From assembly GCA_905215645.1 (NCBI GenBank), contig CAJMQS010000002.1, positions 65,186 to 129,185 on the forward strand: 64,000 nt of DNA, read 5' to 3'. Of this stretch, positions 40,176 through 49,212 are shown piece by piece. The notes under the pieces are model-generated. The model was given only the letters and a program-made list of their open reading frames with translations, made no database searches and was not told where the DNA came from. How positions within the stretch are numbered: position 1 is the stretch's first letter; the number at the start of each line of letters is the position of its first letter. The stretch is from an uncultured bacterium (GTDB lineage: Bacteria; Bacillota; Negativicutes; Acidaminococcales; Acidaminococcaceae). The position numbers were made by a program, and so were the translations under genes.

Positions 40176-41395
40176 CCACATACCTTTCCCAAAATAGCCT
40201 CATAAATACATTGTTCCACATCCTGAACCGTCAGTGTCACACCTGCACTCGTCATATAATAGGCTGCTTTAGGCGAATCTGTAACACCTAACAAGCCTTT
40301 GAGAAAATGCCAGCAATTGACTTCATCCACACAAGTATGAGGAATTAACTTACCACCCAATCGCTGGATCTGGGCCTGCAGGCCATTTTTATCTGCCTGT
40401 TCAATGACTTCAACGGAAGTCAGGATATAAATGGGGACAGCCGCTGGCTTAGTAAGCAGACGACCTACCCGTTCCACCTGGGAATACGTATAATGCGGAC
40501 AGCCCAAGATGCAGAAAGATATTTTTTGGCCGGATACTGGATGCTCTTTGGCTCGCAGATCATCCAAATCACCTTGTGTTATCCTAACCGTACGTAGCGG
40601 AGCTTGATTTCCAAAAGCATCCTTTTCATCTCGCACCAAAGGAGTCACCCCTGGCACGGCATAAATATCATAATTGCCAGAAACATTTAAAGAAGCCCCT
40701 AAAGCAATCAGTGCTTCCACAGGAATCAATTGAGGCAAGCCGAAGAAAACTGGATTTCCTCGTCCTATTTTCTTTCCAAGCATTCCTAACAGAGCAAAAT
40801 CTCCCTCTTTCTCTACCCTGGCATCTACTTCAACCGCTACGGTCCCAAATCGGTTCTTTTCAAAGAGCATCCCATATTCTGGCACGCATCCAGTGATGGC
40901 CGCACATAAAGCACTGGCAGCACTTTCTCGATTGGTTTTTGCTCCCAGGACGGCGTTCACGAAAATTGTTGCACTAGTTTCAGAGAATGCACACACTTCA
41001 TTTTTTCTCGGCTTGTTGCTGTATAGGTAAGGAGTACAACAATAAGTCATCGTAGCACCAAGTTCTCTATACACTTGATCTACCCGTTCCATATGAGTCT
41101 TTGCTGTATCCGATAGGATCGACGCAAATGTGCCCACAGAGTATCCTGGATTGACCGTTGGAGAGAGCCTGCAGACTGCTCCGGCCGACAAAAGACGGCT
41201 GGCAAACCATAAATCCGCCTCCTGTGCACTCAGTGAAACATGTGCTTTTTGGATAGGGACCATACGAGGTGCATCAAAGCATTTAGCAATTCCGACCTGG
41301 ATTTCCATGGCAAGGGCTACGCCCTTACCGTAAACACCATCCAGCATTTTTTGCTGCTCATCGGACAGGATCATTCCTCCAACCTCCCTGTTCAA
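40172..41395 (-). CDS. aconitase-X catalytic (large) subunit, DUF521/AcnX family
   Basis: N-terminal LSDEQQKMLDGVYGKGVALAMEIQV motif typical of AcnX large subunits. 407 aa. Start overlaps the stop of the upstream gene (ATGA). Confidence 0.6.
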   Translation of the reverse strand: MNREVGGMILSDEQQKMLDGVYGKGVALAMEIQVGIAKCFDAPRMVPIQKAHVSLSAQEADLWFASRLLSAGAVCRLSPTVNPGYSVGTFASILSDTAKTHMERVDQVYRELGATMTYCCTPYLYSNKPRKNEVCAFSETSATIFVNAVLGAKTNRESAASALCAAITGCVPEYGMLFEKNRFGTVAVEVDARVEKEGDFALLGMLGKKIGRGNPVFFGLPQLIPVEALIALGASLNVSGNYDIYAVPGVTPLVRDEKDAFGNQAPLRTVRITQGDLDDLRAKEHPVSGQKISFCILGCPHYTYSQVERVGRLLTKPAAVPIYILTSVEVIEQADKNGLQAQIQRLGGKLIPHTCVDEVNCWHFLKGLLGVTDSPKAAYYMTSAGVTLTVQDVEQCIYEAILGKVCG

Positions 41396-42312
41396 TTATG
41401 CTTATCCACAGAAAGGTTCCCCGCTTCCTTATCATATCCAGAGTAAAACCCTCTTCCCGATTTCATGCCCAATTGGCCTCGCTCAATCATTTCTTTTAGT
41501 TTTGCGGGAGGTTTATCCCGTTCTTCTCCACTTGCCTCATAATACGATATTTCGATATTATAGATTGTATCGAGTCCAATAAGGTCCATAAGCTGGAATG
41601 GGCCGATATTGGTATTCCATTCCATTTTCCAGCCACGATCAAACTCTGCTGGATCCACATATCCATCAGCCCAAAGATGGAGACATTCCCGTTTGACAGC
41701 ACGCCATACACGATTGATTGAATAGCCTTTAATTTCTTTTTCAGTAATAACTGGTTCGAACCCCAATGTGTGATAATGGGCTATAGCCGCTTTCTTTGTT
41801 TTTTCTGAAGTGCTGGCATTCCACATCATTTCAAGATAATTATTGCGGATCGGATCATCATGATCAACGGAAAAGGTACACTTCCTGCGTTCCGGAGAAA
41901 CACGTGCATAAATATCACTCATAAGCAATGATGAAGTATTGGAATTGAGCAAACATCCAGGTGGACAAATTTTATCCAGCTGTTCAAATATATCTTGTTT
42001 CAAAGCTAATTTTTCAGGGACATTCTCCACAACAAGTTCTGCATCCTGACAGGCTTCTTCCAGACTCCTTGCATAACGGATACGGTTCTTTACCCCATTG
42101 GCTTCTTCTGCATTCAGTCTGCCTTCCTGGATAAAGTAAGTCAGCCATTTCTCCACCTTTGCCTGACAAGTCAAAATAGATTTTTCGGTCCGACTGTAGC
42201 CCGTAACTTGTTTTCCATACAAAGCATTCCGAAAAGCAATCATGGAACCTTGCGTTCCAATTCCCACAATCGTTACATTTTTAATTTTATCAACTCCAAT
42301 AGGTATTGCCAT
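41392..42312 (-). CDS. 3-hydroxyacyl-CoA dehydrogenase-family oxidoreductase (3HCDH / L-carnitine dehydrogenase-like)
   Basis: Rossmann N-terminus (VTIVGIGTQGSMIA) and C-terminal GPFQLMDLIGLD motif of the 3HCDH family. Strong RBS. Confidence 0.7.
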   Translation of the reverse strand: MAIPIGVDKIKNVTIVGIGTQGSMIAFRNALYGKQVTGYSRTEKSILTCQAKVEKWLTYFIQEGRLNAEEANGVKNRIRYARSLEEACQDAELVVENVPEKLALKQDIFEQLDKICPPGCLLNSNTSSLLMSDIYARVSPERRKCTFSVDHDDPIRNNYLEMMWNASTSEKTKKAAIAHYHTLGFEPVITEKEIKGYSINRVWRAVKRECLHLWADGYVDPAEFDRGWKMEWNTNIGPFQLMDLIGLDTIYNIEISYYEASGEERDKPPAKLKEMIERGQLGMKSGRGFYSGYDKEAGNLSVDKHN

Positions 42313-42360
42313 AAATCTTCATCCTTTCCTTCCTGAACCTGTAAATAAATACTTATTAAA

Positions 42361-42903
42361 TTAAAAAGTCCTTTCGATGATATTTCCATCGGCCGGGATT
42401 GCTATGTAGCGGACTTTTGTATTTTCTACAAGTTCTCCATAAAAAGCAATGTAATAGGGACGATAGATGGAACGCAGCTGTAAAACCTCCAAGGTGACAT
42501 AACTTCCAATTTGTCGTCTGATCATCCGTCCAGCCAATCTTTTGGCATTTTCAATCAGCTTGTCCTGGGGAATTTCTGTCGTTTGCACCTGTGCCGGATC
42601 TGTAATTTGCAGAGATTGCGTCTTTATTGGTTTTTCTAAATAAGCTGGCGTTCCTCTGGTTCCTTCTGCCAGCATGAGGATTTTCTGTTTCCGGGGAAGA
42701 GATTCCTTTTGGGTAAAGATTTTCCGTAGAAAAGTGTCCATATATGTCATTTCAAAAGTAATTTCCTTACTTTCGATATACATCAATTTCAAGTTTATTT
42801 TCTTTTTCCCCAGAAGAAGGCGCCCCAGGAAATTGCCTCTTTTCTCGGCCACTTCCATAGCTTCTTCTTCGTTCATCGTCTTGGGTACCACTTGTATTTT
42901 CAT
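42361..42903 (-). CDS. hypothetical protein (no recognisable family)
   Basis: 180-aa ORF with GGGGGAG RBS, inside the operon. Confidence 0.45.
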   Translation of the reverse strand: MKIQVVPKTMNEEEAMEVAEKRGNFLGRLLLGKKKINLKLMYIESKEITFEMTYMDTFLRKIFTQKESLPRKQKILMLAEGTRGTPAYLEKPIKTQSLQITDPAQVQTTEIPQDKLIENAKRLAGRMIRRQIGSYVTLEVLQLRSIYRPYYIAFYGELVENTKVRYIAIPADGNIIERTF

Positions 42904-42933
42904 ATATCTCCCCCTGTTAGGAATTTTCTCTCC

Positions 42934-44577
42934 TCAGGCTTTTCTTTTGCTGAATTCCCGTACTTCAAACCAGTAGCGGGCGAATACACCAAATGTGATC
43001 AGCATGGCAATGCCCGGTGCCAAAATACCTACAAGAGCATCGACCTGATGGACCATGCCATAACCGAAGATGATCGCCAAAACAGCATAGAGAGCGACCA
43101 AAGCTCCATCTACACCGAACCATTCCACCGGCTCAATCTGCTGTTCTCCAGAGGAACCAACAGAGTCATCACAATATACTTTTCCAAATCGGTTGCCAAT
43201 CACATAGGTGATAAAAGAAATAGGCAAGGCAATGAGGAGAGCATCCACCTTTCCTCCCAGGATATCAATGGAAATCGGATAATAATTAAAGTAAATCCAA
43301 GATAGAGAGCCAAAAATCATGCTGGACAAGCCACCCACATCTGTTTTTCTGGAATCTGAAAGGATTGCACCCAATACCGGAACAAAAAGGCCACACATAG
43401 ACAAACTGTTGATGAAAAGGAATGCATCATACACAAGGGGAAAGCTGAACGCCGTTCCGAGTCCGATGATACCGAATATAATACAGCTGATTCTTGTAAT
43501 GTTGATACTTTGTCTGTCCGACAGAGGATGTTTACGATAGACATTGATGATGTCCCGGGATACAATTTCTCCTCCAATCAAGAAATACGAATCGATTGTA
43601 GAAATAATGGCACCCATGATTCCGAAAACAAAAAGGCCTCTTAGCACAACCGGTAAATTAGAAAGGACCAGCTGCACATAGGCGACTTCCGGCTGGATTT
43701 CCAGTCCAGGATGGATCGTACGGATAAGCATTGCCGTAGTGATCAGAACCATGTCGAAAGAAAGCCAGATGGAGAAACACATCAGCATAGCCCGTTTTCC
43801 CGTACGAGGTGAATTAGCTGCGGTAAAGCGCTGATAAAAAGATGGATCCTTATATACATTGATACACAATACGACAAGGCAGATAGCCCGTCCAACTGGA
43901 GTCCCGCCCAATGGGGTCAACATTTGAGGAGCAACTTGGCTTAATACCTGGTTGATACCTGCAAATCCTCCTACTCCAAAGTAAACTTGGGGAAAAGCGG
44001 CGCAGACAGATGTAATCATCAGAAAAAAGAAAATCATATCCGTTGCAGCTACACCCATAAGTCCGCCTAAACAAGTGATACCAGTGGAAATAATAACCAC
44101 AGCAGCTGCAACCAAAAATTTATTTGCATTCCAGGCAGCCACGCCCACATAGCCAGTCGCTGCGATTTCTGCAATAGAAAGACATGATACAACGAGGATA
44201 ACAGCTCCAATCAAAGAAGCGGTTCTTCCATAATATCGATTGATCAGTTCCGTCATTGTCGTATTCACTTTTACGGAAATACGAGGTGCTACCCAAAGTG
44301 CCAGAGGAAAGCGGACCAGATGAGCACAAATGGACCAAATAAAGAAAGCTGAGACACCCATCGTCGTTGCATAGCCAATGGTCCCAATGACACCAGCCCC
44401 TCCGTACCAGGATGCTACAAGCGTCCCGACTGCCAGAGACCAGGGAATCGACTTATTTGCTTGATAGAAACTATCCATATTCCGAGAAGTTTTGCTAAAA
44501 TGTTTTCCTACTAGGAATATGCCGATGACACACAACAGAACGGTAAGATTGTCAAGAAACGTTAACATACCCTTCAC
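42934..44577 (-). CDS. sodium:solute symporter (SSS family)
   Basis: 547 aa, ~13 TM, SSS-type topology and motifs. Confidence 0.75.
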   Translation of the reverse strand: MKGMLTFLDNLTVLLCVIGIFLVGKHFSKTSRNMDSFYQANKSIPWSLAVGTLVASWYGGAGVIGTIGYATTMGVSAFFIWSICAHLVRFPLALWVAPRISVKVNTTMTELINRYYGRTASLIGAVILVVSCLSIAEIAATGYVGVAAWNANKFLVAAAVVIISTGITCLGGLMGVAATDMIFFFLMITSVCAAFPQVYFGVGGFAGINQVLSQVAPQMLTPLGGTPVGRAICLVVLCINVYKDPSFYQRFTAANSPRTGKRAMLMCFSIWLSFDMVLITTAMLIRTIHPGLEIQPEVAYVQLVLSNLPVVLRGLFVFGIMGAIISTIDSYFLIGGEIVSRDIINVYRKHPLSDRQSINITRISCIIFGIIGLGTAFSFPLVYDAFLFINSLSMCGLFVPVLGAILSDSRKTDVGGLSSMIFGSLSWIYFNYYPISIDILGGKVDALLIALPISFITYVIGNRFGKVYCDDSVGSSGEQQIEPVEWFGVDGALVALYAVLAIIFGYGMVHQVDALVGILAPGIAMLITFGVFARYWFEVREFSKRKA

Positions 44578-44585
44578 TTCCTTTT

Positions 44586-46112
44586 CTAAAATTGCAGTTT
44601 ACCTACGACGGTTTCCACCACATCTATATATTTTCTCTCTTTGATTTGAGCAGACACACTTTCAATCAAGGGAGTAAGCGGAGCATCTGTTTCCAAGACA
44701 GGAACAACTTGTCGTAAAAGCTGATATACCTTCCCTGTAGCAGAAGATGGAGCAAGCATGTCATAGCAATCAAGTGCCTGCCCATCACAGATCAATTCAA
44801 TGGCAATGATATAGCTCCCCATTTGTATTAAATCGTACGCTTTTTTTGCTGCATTATATCCCATACTGATATAATCTTCTTGGTTCGCACATGTAGTTAA
44901 ATTATCCACCACAGCTGGATGAGAAAGGATTCTCATTTCTCCCAGCAGACCTGCAGCAGTATATTGGATCATCATAAGGCCATCATTATATTCCGCATTC
45001 TTGTTTAAGAAAGCAGGAAGTTCACTGACAAGACGATTCAATAGCCTATCGATACGGCTTGCAGTCATTTTACATAAATCGGTCATTGCGATTGCAAGGA
45101 AATCAGATGCCATTCCCAGATAAGAACCATCTGCATTACAACCCATCAAAGCAACAGCTTTCCCGTTATTTTCTTCAAAAATCAAAGGATTATCCACCGA
45201 AGAATTCAATTCAATGGCCAAAGACTGCAATCCATCTTTGACCGCTTTTTTTACGGCCCCATGCAGTTGGGGAATACAACGGATGGACAATGCATCCTGC
45301 ACACGATGGCCACGATATTTTTCTACAATCTCACTGTCCTGCAAAATGGCCCGCACGTTACTGGCAGTCCTGACTTGATCCACATGTGGCCGCGCTTCCA
45401 TAATACGGTCATCCATAGCCATCAAAGTCCCTTTGAGCACTTCCAGGCTAAAGGCACCGCTGATATCTGCTGTCAACGCCAGAGTTACTGCATCATACAG
45501 TGCAAGTGCAGCAAAAGCAGTTACAGAAGTCGTTCCAGAAACAATAGTCAATCCCTCTTTGGAAGAAAGAACAATTGGCTCAAGTCCAGCCTGAAACAAG
45601 GCTTCTTCCCCACTTAACAGTTTTCCCTTGTACCAAGCTTTTCCTTCCCCAATAAGGACCATACCAATGTGGGCTTCAAGAGAAATATATCCAACGGAGC
45701 CATGTCCTGGAACTCTTGGAACAACGTTCCGATTTAACATTTCTTTTAAAAGTTCCAGTGTTTCCAATCTGATTCCCGTATGTCCAGATCCAAAATGCAA
45801 CAGCATTACAAACATCATAGCTCTGGTACATTCTTCATTGATTGGCTCTCCCACAGCACAGGTATGGGCAAGGATATGATTCCTCTGGATATGGATCCGG
45901 TCTTCTTCCGGAATGAATTTTCTCCAATTGTCGCCCAATCCTGTCGTCACACCATAAATTGGAATTCCTCCTTTGCTGAATTCATCTACAAAATCTCGGC
46001 ATTTTTGAACTCGTTGGATATATTCATCTGAAAATGCAACTTGACTGTGATATCTTGCCACAGAAACTACATCTTCCAATGTATTCTTTCCATCCAGTAT
46101 AATGATTTTCAT
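44586..46112 (-). CDS. HAL/PAL-family (aromatic amino-acid lyase fold) protein lacking the MIO-forming Ala-Ser-Gly triad
   Basis: Conserved HAL blocks (GHGSVG..., QDALSIRCIPQLHGA, VDNPL, NQEDYISMG), but the MIO tripeptide position reads Tyr-Ile-Ser. The ORF-track start at 46136 is a TTG. ATG at ~46112 (MKIIILDGK) follows GAAAGGAA. Confidence 0.7.
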   Translation of the reverse strand: MKIIILDGKNTLEDVVSVARYHSQVAFSDEYIQRVQKCRDFVDEFSKGGIPIYGVTTGLGDNWRKFIPEEDRIHIQRNHILAHTCAVGEPINEECTRAMMFVMLLHFGSGHTGIRLETLELLKEMLNRNVVPRVPGHGSVGYISLEAHIGMVLIGEGKAWYKGKLLSGEEALFQAGLEPIVLSSKEGLTIVSGTTSVTAFAALALYDAVTLALTADISGAFSLEVLKGTLMAMDDRIMEARPHVDQVRTASNVRAILQDSEIVEKYRGHRVQDALSIRCIPQLHGAVKKAVKDGLQSLAIELNSSVDNPLIFEENNGKAVALMGCNADGSYLGMASDFLAIAMTDLCKMTASRIDRLLNRLVSELPAFLNKNAEYNDGLMMIQYTAAGLLGEMRILSHPAVVDNLTTCANQEDYISMGYNAAKKAYDLIQMGSYIIAIELICDGQALDCYDMLAPSSATGKVYQLLRQVVPVLETDAPLTPLIESVSAQIKERKYIDVVETVVGKLQF

Positions 46113-46169
46113 CTTCTTATTCCTTTCTCTTATCAAATCATCTATGAAAGTCTATCTTTATAAATTTAT

Positions 46170-46185
46170 TGCAAATACCTTGCCA
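46170..46185 (-). promoter_or_regulatory. sigma-54 (-24/-12) promoter
   Basis: Minus-sense TGGCAAGGTATTTGCA gives GG-N10-GC with TGGCA / TTGCA elements, ~57 nt upstream of the HAL-like gene ATG. Confidence 0.7.
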
Positions 46186-46229
46186 AAATCATGAAATGTG
46201 TTTCAGAGTTAAAAAATATATCTTTTATT

Positions 46230-46247
46230 TTCTGGTTTATACCAGAA
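46230..46247. promoter_or_regulatory. palindrome TTCTGGTTTATACCAGAA, candidate enhancer (UAS) site for the sigma-54 activator
   Basis: Perfect 6-bp arms, about 45 bp upstream of the -24 element. Confidence 0.3.
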
Positions 46248-46328
46248 ATCTACAAATAATGTCATTTCAAAGTCCTTTATTATGAAAAAAGCAGTTGCCC
46301 ATCACCATTTTAGAGAATGCCTTATAGC

Positions 46329-46370
46329 AAAAAAATCTGGCTGCCAAAATCTCTGGCGCCAGATTTTTTA
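46329..46370 (-). terminator. terminator of the sigma-54 activator gene
   Basis: AATCTGGC...GCCAGATT hairpin, including the TCTGGCGCCAGA palindrome, followed by a T7 run on the minus strand. Confidence 0.6.
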
Positions 46371-48053
46371 TTCTTTTTCTTCCTTAATTCCAAACTTTCG
46401 TAAATGATATTGAAAATTCTGCCGTGACAAATGCAATTTAGCTGCTGCCTTTGTCACATTTTTCCCACAAGCCTGGTACGTTTCCCAAAGGATACTTTTT
46501 TCATATTCATTGACAAGTTCTGTCAGCCCCTTTTCATTTTTATTAGGAACCTCCGTAACAAGAGGTTGGGGATGTTGTTGCAACACGGAATCTTTTTTAG
46601 CATGACGAAGGAAGTAATAAGGAAAATCACTCTCATCAAGGGTCCCATCTTTAGAAAGACTCATTGCATAGCCCAGAATGTGGAAAAGTTCCCGTACATT
46701 CCCGGGCCACTGATGCTCTCTAAGCCGTTGCCAAAATCCGGGCGTAATTTTCCGAATAGGCATTCCAGCATACTGAGGATAATTATCAATAAAGAAATGG
46801 ACAAGCTCGGGCAGATCCTCCAGTCGATTCCGCAAAGGGGGGATTTCAATAATAACAGAAGCCAGGCGAAAGAACAAATCCTGCCGCATCTTTCCATTCT
46901 GGCTCATTACATATGCGTCCTCATTGGTTGAAGAAATGACCCGGACATCAACAGGAATATACTTTGTACTGCCAATGCGCTGCAGAGTATGCTCCTGCAG
47001 AACTCTGAGCAATTTCGCCTGCATAGCAGAGCTCATTGAATTGACTTCATCCAAAAAAAGTGTTCCATGATTTGCTGCTTCAATCAGTCCGATTTGATCC
47101 GAACTTCCAGTAAAAGCCCCCTTCACTGTCCCGAAAAGCATACTCTCTATTAAAGATTCTGGAAAAGCTGCACAGTTGACAGCAATGAATTTTTCTCGGC
47201 GTCGAGAGCTGTATTGATGGATGCTCTGTGCAAATATCTCCTTCCCGCTGCCCGTTTCTCCTTGTATTAAAATATTGATATCCCGTTCTGCCATCCGCTT
47301 TGCTAACTGGATGGTATTTTGCAAAGCTCCTGAAGAACCAATCAAATCATCGAATGTGTAGTGGACTTCCTTGCTCACCGCAAATCGTTCCGTCATATGC
47401 CGAGTCAGGATTTCTTCTATTTGCTTCAATTCAGAAATCTGAGATTTGACTGCGTTCATATCCTGCTCAACAGAAACAGCTCCTAGAATAGACCCATCTT
47501 CTCGGAATACAGGATATCCTTCTGTCACTGTCATCAGATCCTTGCCCGTTGTCGATTTGTACCGATCATATCGATGATGGACGTTACTCAGATTCCTAAG
47601 GACTGTTAAAATAGCACTATAATTTGGGTCAACATGAAAAATATCCAACAAATTTTGTCCTTCGACAGATTCCTTAAGAGAGATTCCCAGAAGATGCTTG
47701 CTTGCTTTATTGAAAAATTGAATGGTTCCATCTTGGGCATATAGCTGAATCACATTGGGAGATTGATCAAGAACTGCTTCCATGAGTTTTTCCCGGACCG
47801 ACTCTTGCCGAAGCAATAAACAGATTCCGTAAAATACTTGAAAAGATATATACGAAAAGCGTCTTTCAAGCCACTGGACTTCTCCCGCTTCTGGTCGGAA
47901 TACCATACTGCTCACTTCAGAAAGTTTCTGACCGATTAAATTTCTGCAAACCATTCTGATTTCCGAATTTTCTCCTAATTTACTGCCAAATTCTACTTGT
48001 CGTACAAATCCTCCTTCACTCAAAAGTAATGCGATATCAAAAATCACCTCCAT
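46368..48053 (-). CDS. sigma-54-dependent transcriptional activator (sensor/PAS + AAA+ + Fis-type HTH)
   Basis: GETGSGKE Walker A, GAFTGS sigma-54 contact motif, arginine finger region, C-terminal HTH (AAKLHLSRQNFQYHLRKFGI). Start after GGGAGGGAG RBS. Confidence 0.85.
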   Translation of the reverse strand: MEVIFDIALLLSEGGFVRQVEFGSKLGENSEIRMVCRNLIGQKLSEVSSMVFRPEAGEVQWLERRFSYISFQVFYGICLLLRQESVREKLMEAVLDQSPNVIQLYAQDGTIQFFNKASKHLLGISLKESVEGQNLLDIFHVDPNYSAILTVLRNLSNVHHRYDRYKSTTGKDLMTVTEGYPVFREDGSILGAVSVEQDMNAVKSQISELKQIEEILTRHMTERFAVSKEVHYTFDDLIGSSGALQNTIQLAKRMAERDINILIQGETGSGKEIFAQSIHQYSSRRREKFIAVNCAAFPESLIESMLFGTVKGAFTGSSDQIGLIEAANHGTLFLDEVNSMSSAMQAKLLRVLQEHTLQRIGSTKYIPVDVRVISSTNEDAYVMSQNGKMRQDLFFRLASVIIEIPPLRNRLEDLPELVHFFIDNYPQYAGMPIRKITPGFWQRLREHQWPGNVRELFHILGYAMSLSKDGTLDESDFPYYFLRHAKKDSVLQQHPQPLVTEVPNKNEKGLTELVNEYEKSILWETYQACGKNVTKAAAKLHLSRQNFQYHLRKFGIKEEKE

Positions 48054-48262
48054 CGCTATTCTCCCTCCCTGCTTTTATCCTTTGCTTAGTATACCATGGA
48101 ATTCCGCAATGAAAAAAGCTGTATTCTATTACGGCATTCTCCAGTAGCAATGAATCCCCCTTTGTTCATCTTTTTTTCTCTTTTCTGCCCCACTTTTTCT
48201 TCAACTTCGTCTTATGATGTATACTCAGTATTGTATGCATCAAAGAAAGGCAGGAAAAAGGA

Positions 48263-49204
48263 ATGCGATTCCTTTGGAACTTCATCAAATACTTGGTTCT
48301 CCTGACCCTGCTGCTGCTTTTTGGAGCAGGTGTCTATGCTGGGAATACGGCTTACCAGCAATTGTTCACCCAGCCCTGGGACAAACTGCTGGCCATCGAA
48401 AATCATCGGAACGATCTGGATACCATCCATGGCCTGGAACGGAAATACGGCTGGGAGCGGGTACAGGTCCATTCCAAAGACGGGACACGGCTCCAGGGCA
48501 CTTATATCGAAAATCCAGCAGGAGGCCATGATACCGTCATCCTACTCCATGGGCTGTATCAGAACCGGACCATGTGCGTCCCTTATGCCCGGGTCTATCT
48601 GGAGAAAGGCTATAATGTACTGATGCCGGATATCCGGGGCCACGGGGAAAGCAGCGGCAGCACCAATGACTGGGGCATCCACGATGTGGAAGATATGGAC
48701 AGCTGGGTAGCCCTGCTCCGTCAGAAAGACCCCAAGGCGTCCATCGGTTTCCACGGGATCTCTTTAGGCGCCGCCATGAGCTTGATCTACGCGGGGAGCC
48801 CCCAGGGCCGGGAAATGAAATTCTATGTAGCGGACAGTTCCTATGGCAATGTGTTGGAACTGGGACAGGAAAAGCTCATGAATTATACGGATGACCAGCG
48901 GCTGCTGCTGGGGATGGAAGTCCTGGACCCCTTCTTCCAAGCTTCTTTGTACTATCATACCCGGAAGACCCTCCGGGATGTGGATCCGGCTTCCTGTGTC
49001 CAGCGGATGACCACACCGGTCCTGTTCCTCCATGGAGATGTGGACCGGCTGATTCCGCCCCACATTGCAGAAAACCTCCTGAACCGCTGCACCAGTGCCA
49101 ACAAGAAACTGATCTATTTCGAAGGCTCCGGCCACGCCAATGAAATCATGGACAATCCCAGAGGATATGCCCGAGCTGTAGGAGAATTTTTGGAGAGCCT
49201 GTAA
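48263..49204 (+). CDS. membrane-anchored alpha/beta hydrolase
   Basis: N-terminal TM helix, GxSxG (GISLGA), Asp/His triad region (HGDVD...GSGHA). Confidence 0.7.
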   Translation: MRFLWNFIKYLVLLTLLLLFGAGVYAGNTAYQQLFTQPWDKLLAIENHRNDLDTIHGLERKYGWERVQVHSKDGTRLQGTYIENPAGGHDTVILLHGLYQNRTMCVPYARVYLEKGYNVLMPDIRGHGESSGSTNDWGIHDVEDMDSWVALLRQKDPKASIGFHGISLGAAMSLIYAGSPQGREMKFYVADSSYGNVLELGQEKLMNYTDDQRLLLGMEVLDPFFQASLYYHTRKTLRDVDPASCVQRMTTPVLFLHGDVDRLIPPHIAENLLNRCTSANKKLIYFEGSGHANEIMDNPRGYARAVGEFLESL

Positions 49205-49212
49205 GACAAGAG

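Noticed and set aside
44586-46136. ORF-track start of the first HAL-like gene at 46136
   Set aside because: That start codon is TTG with no RBS. ATG at ~46112 (MKIIILDGK) is preceded by GAAAGGAA at good spacing, so the shorter start was used.
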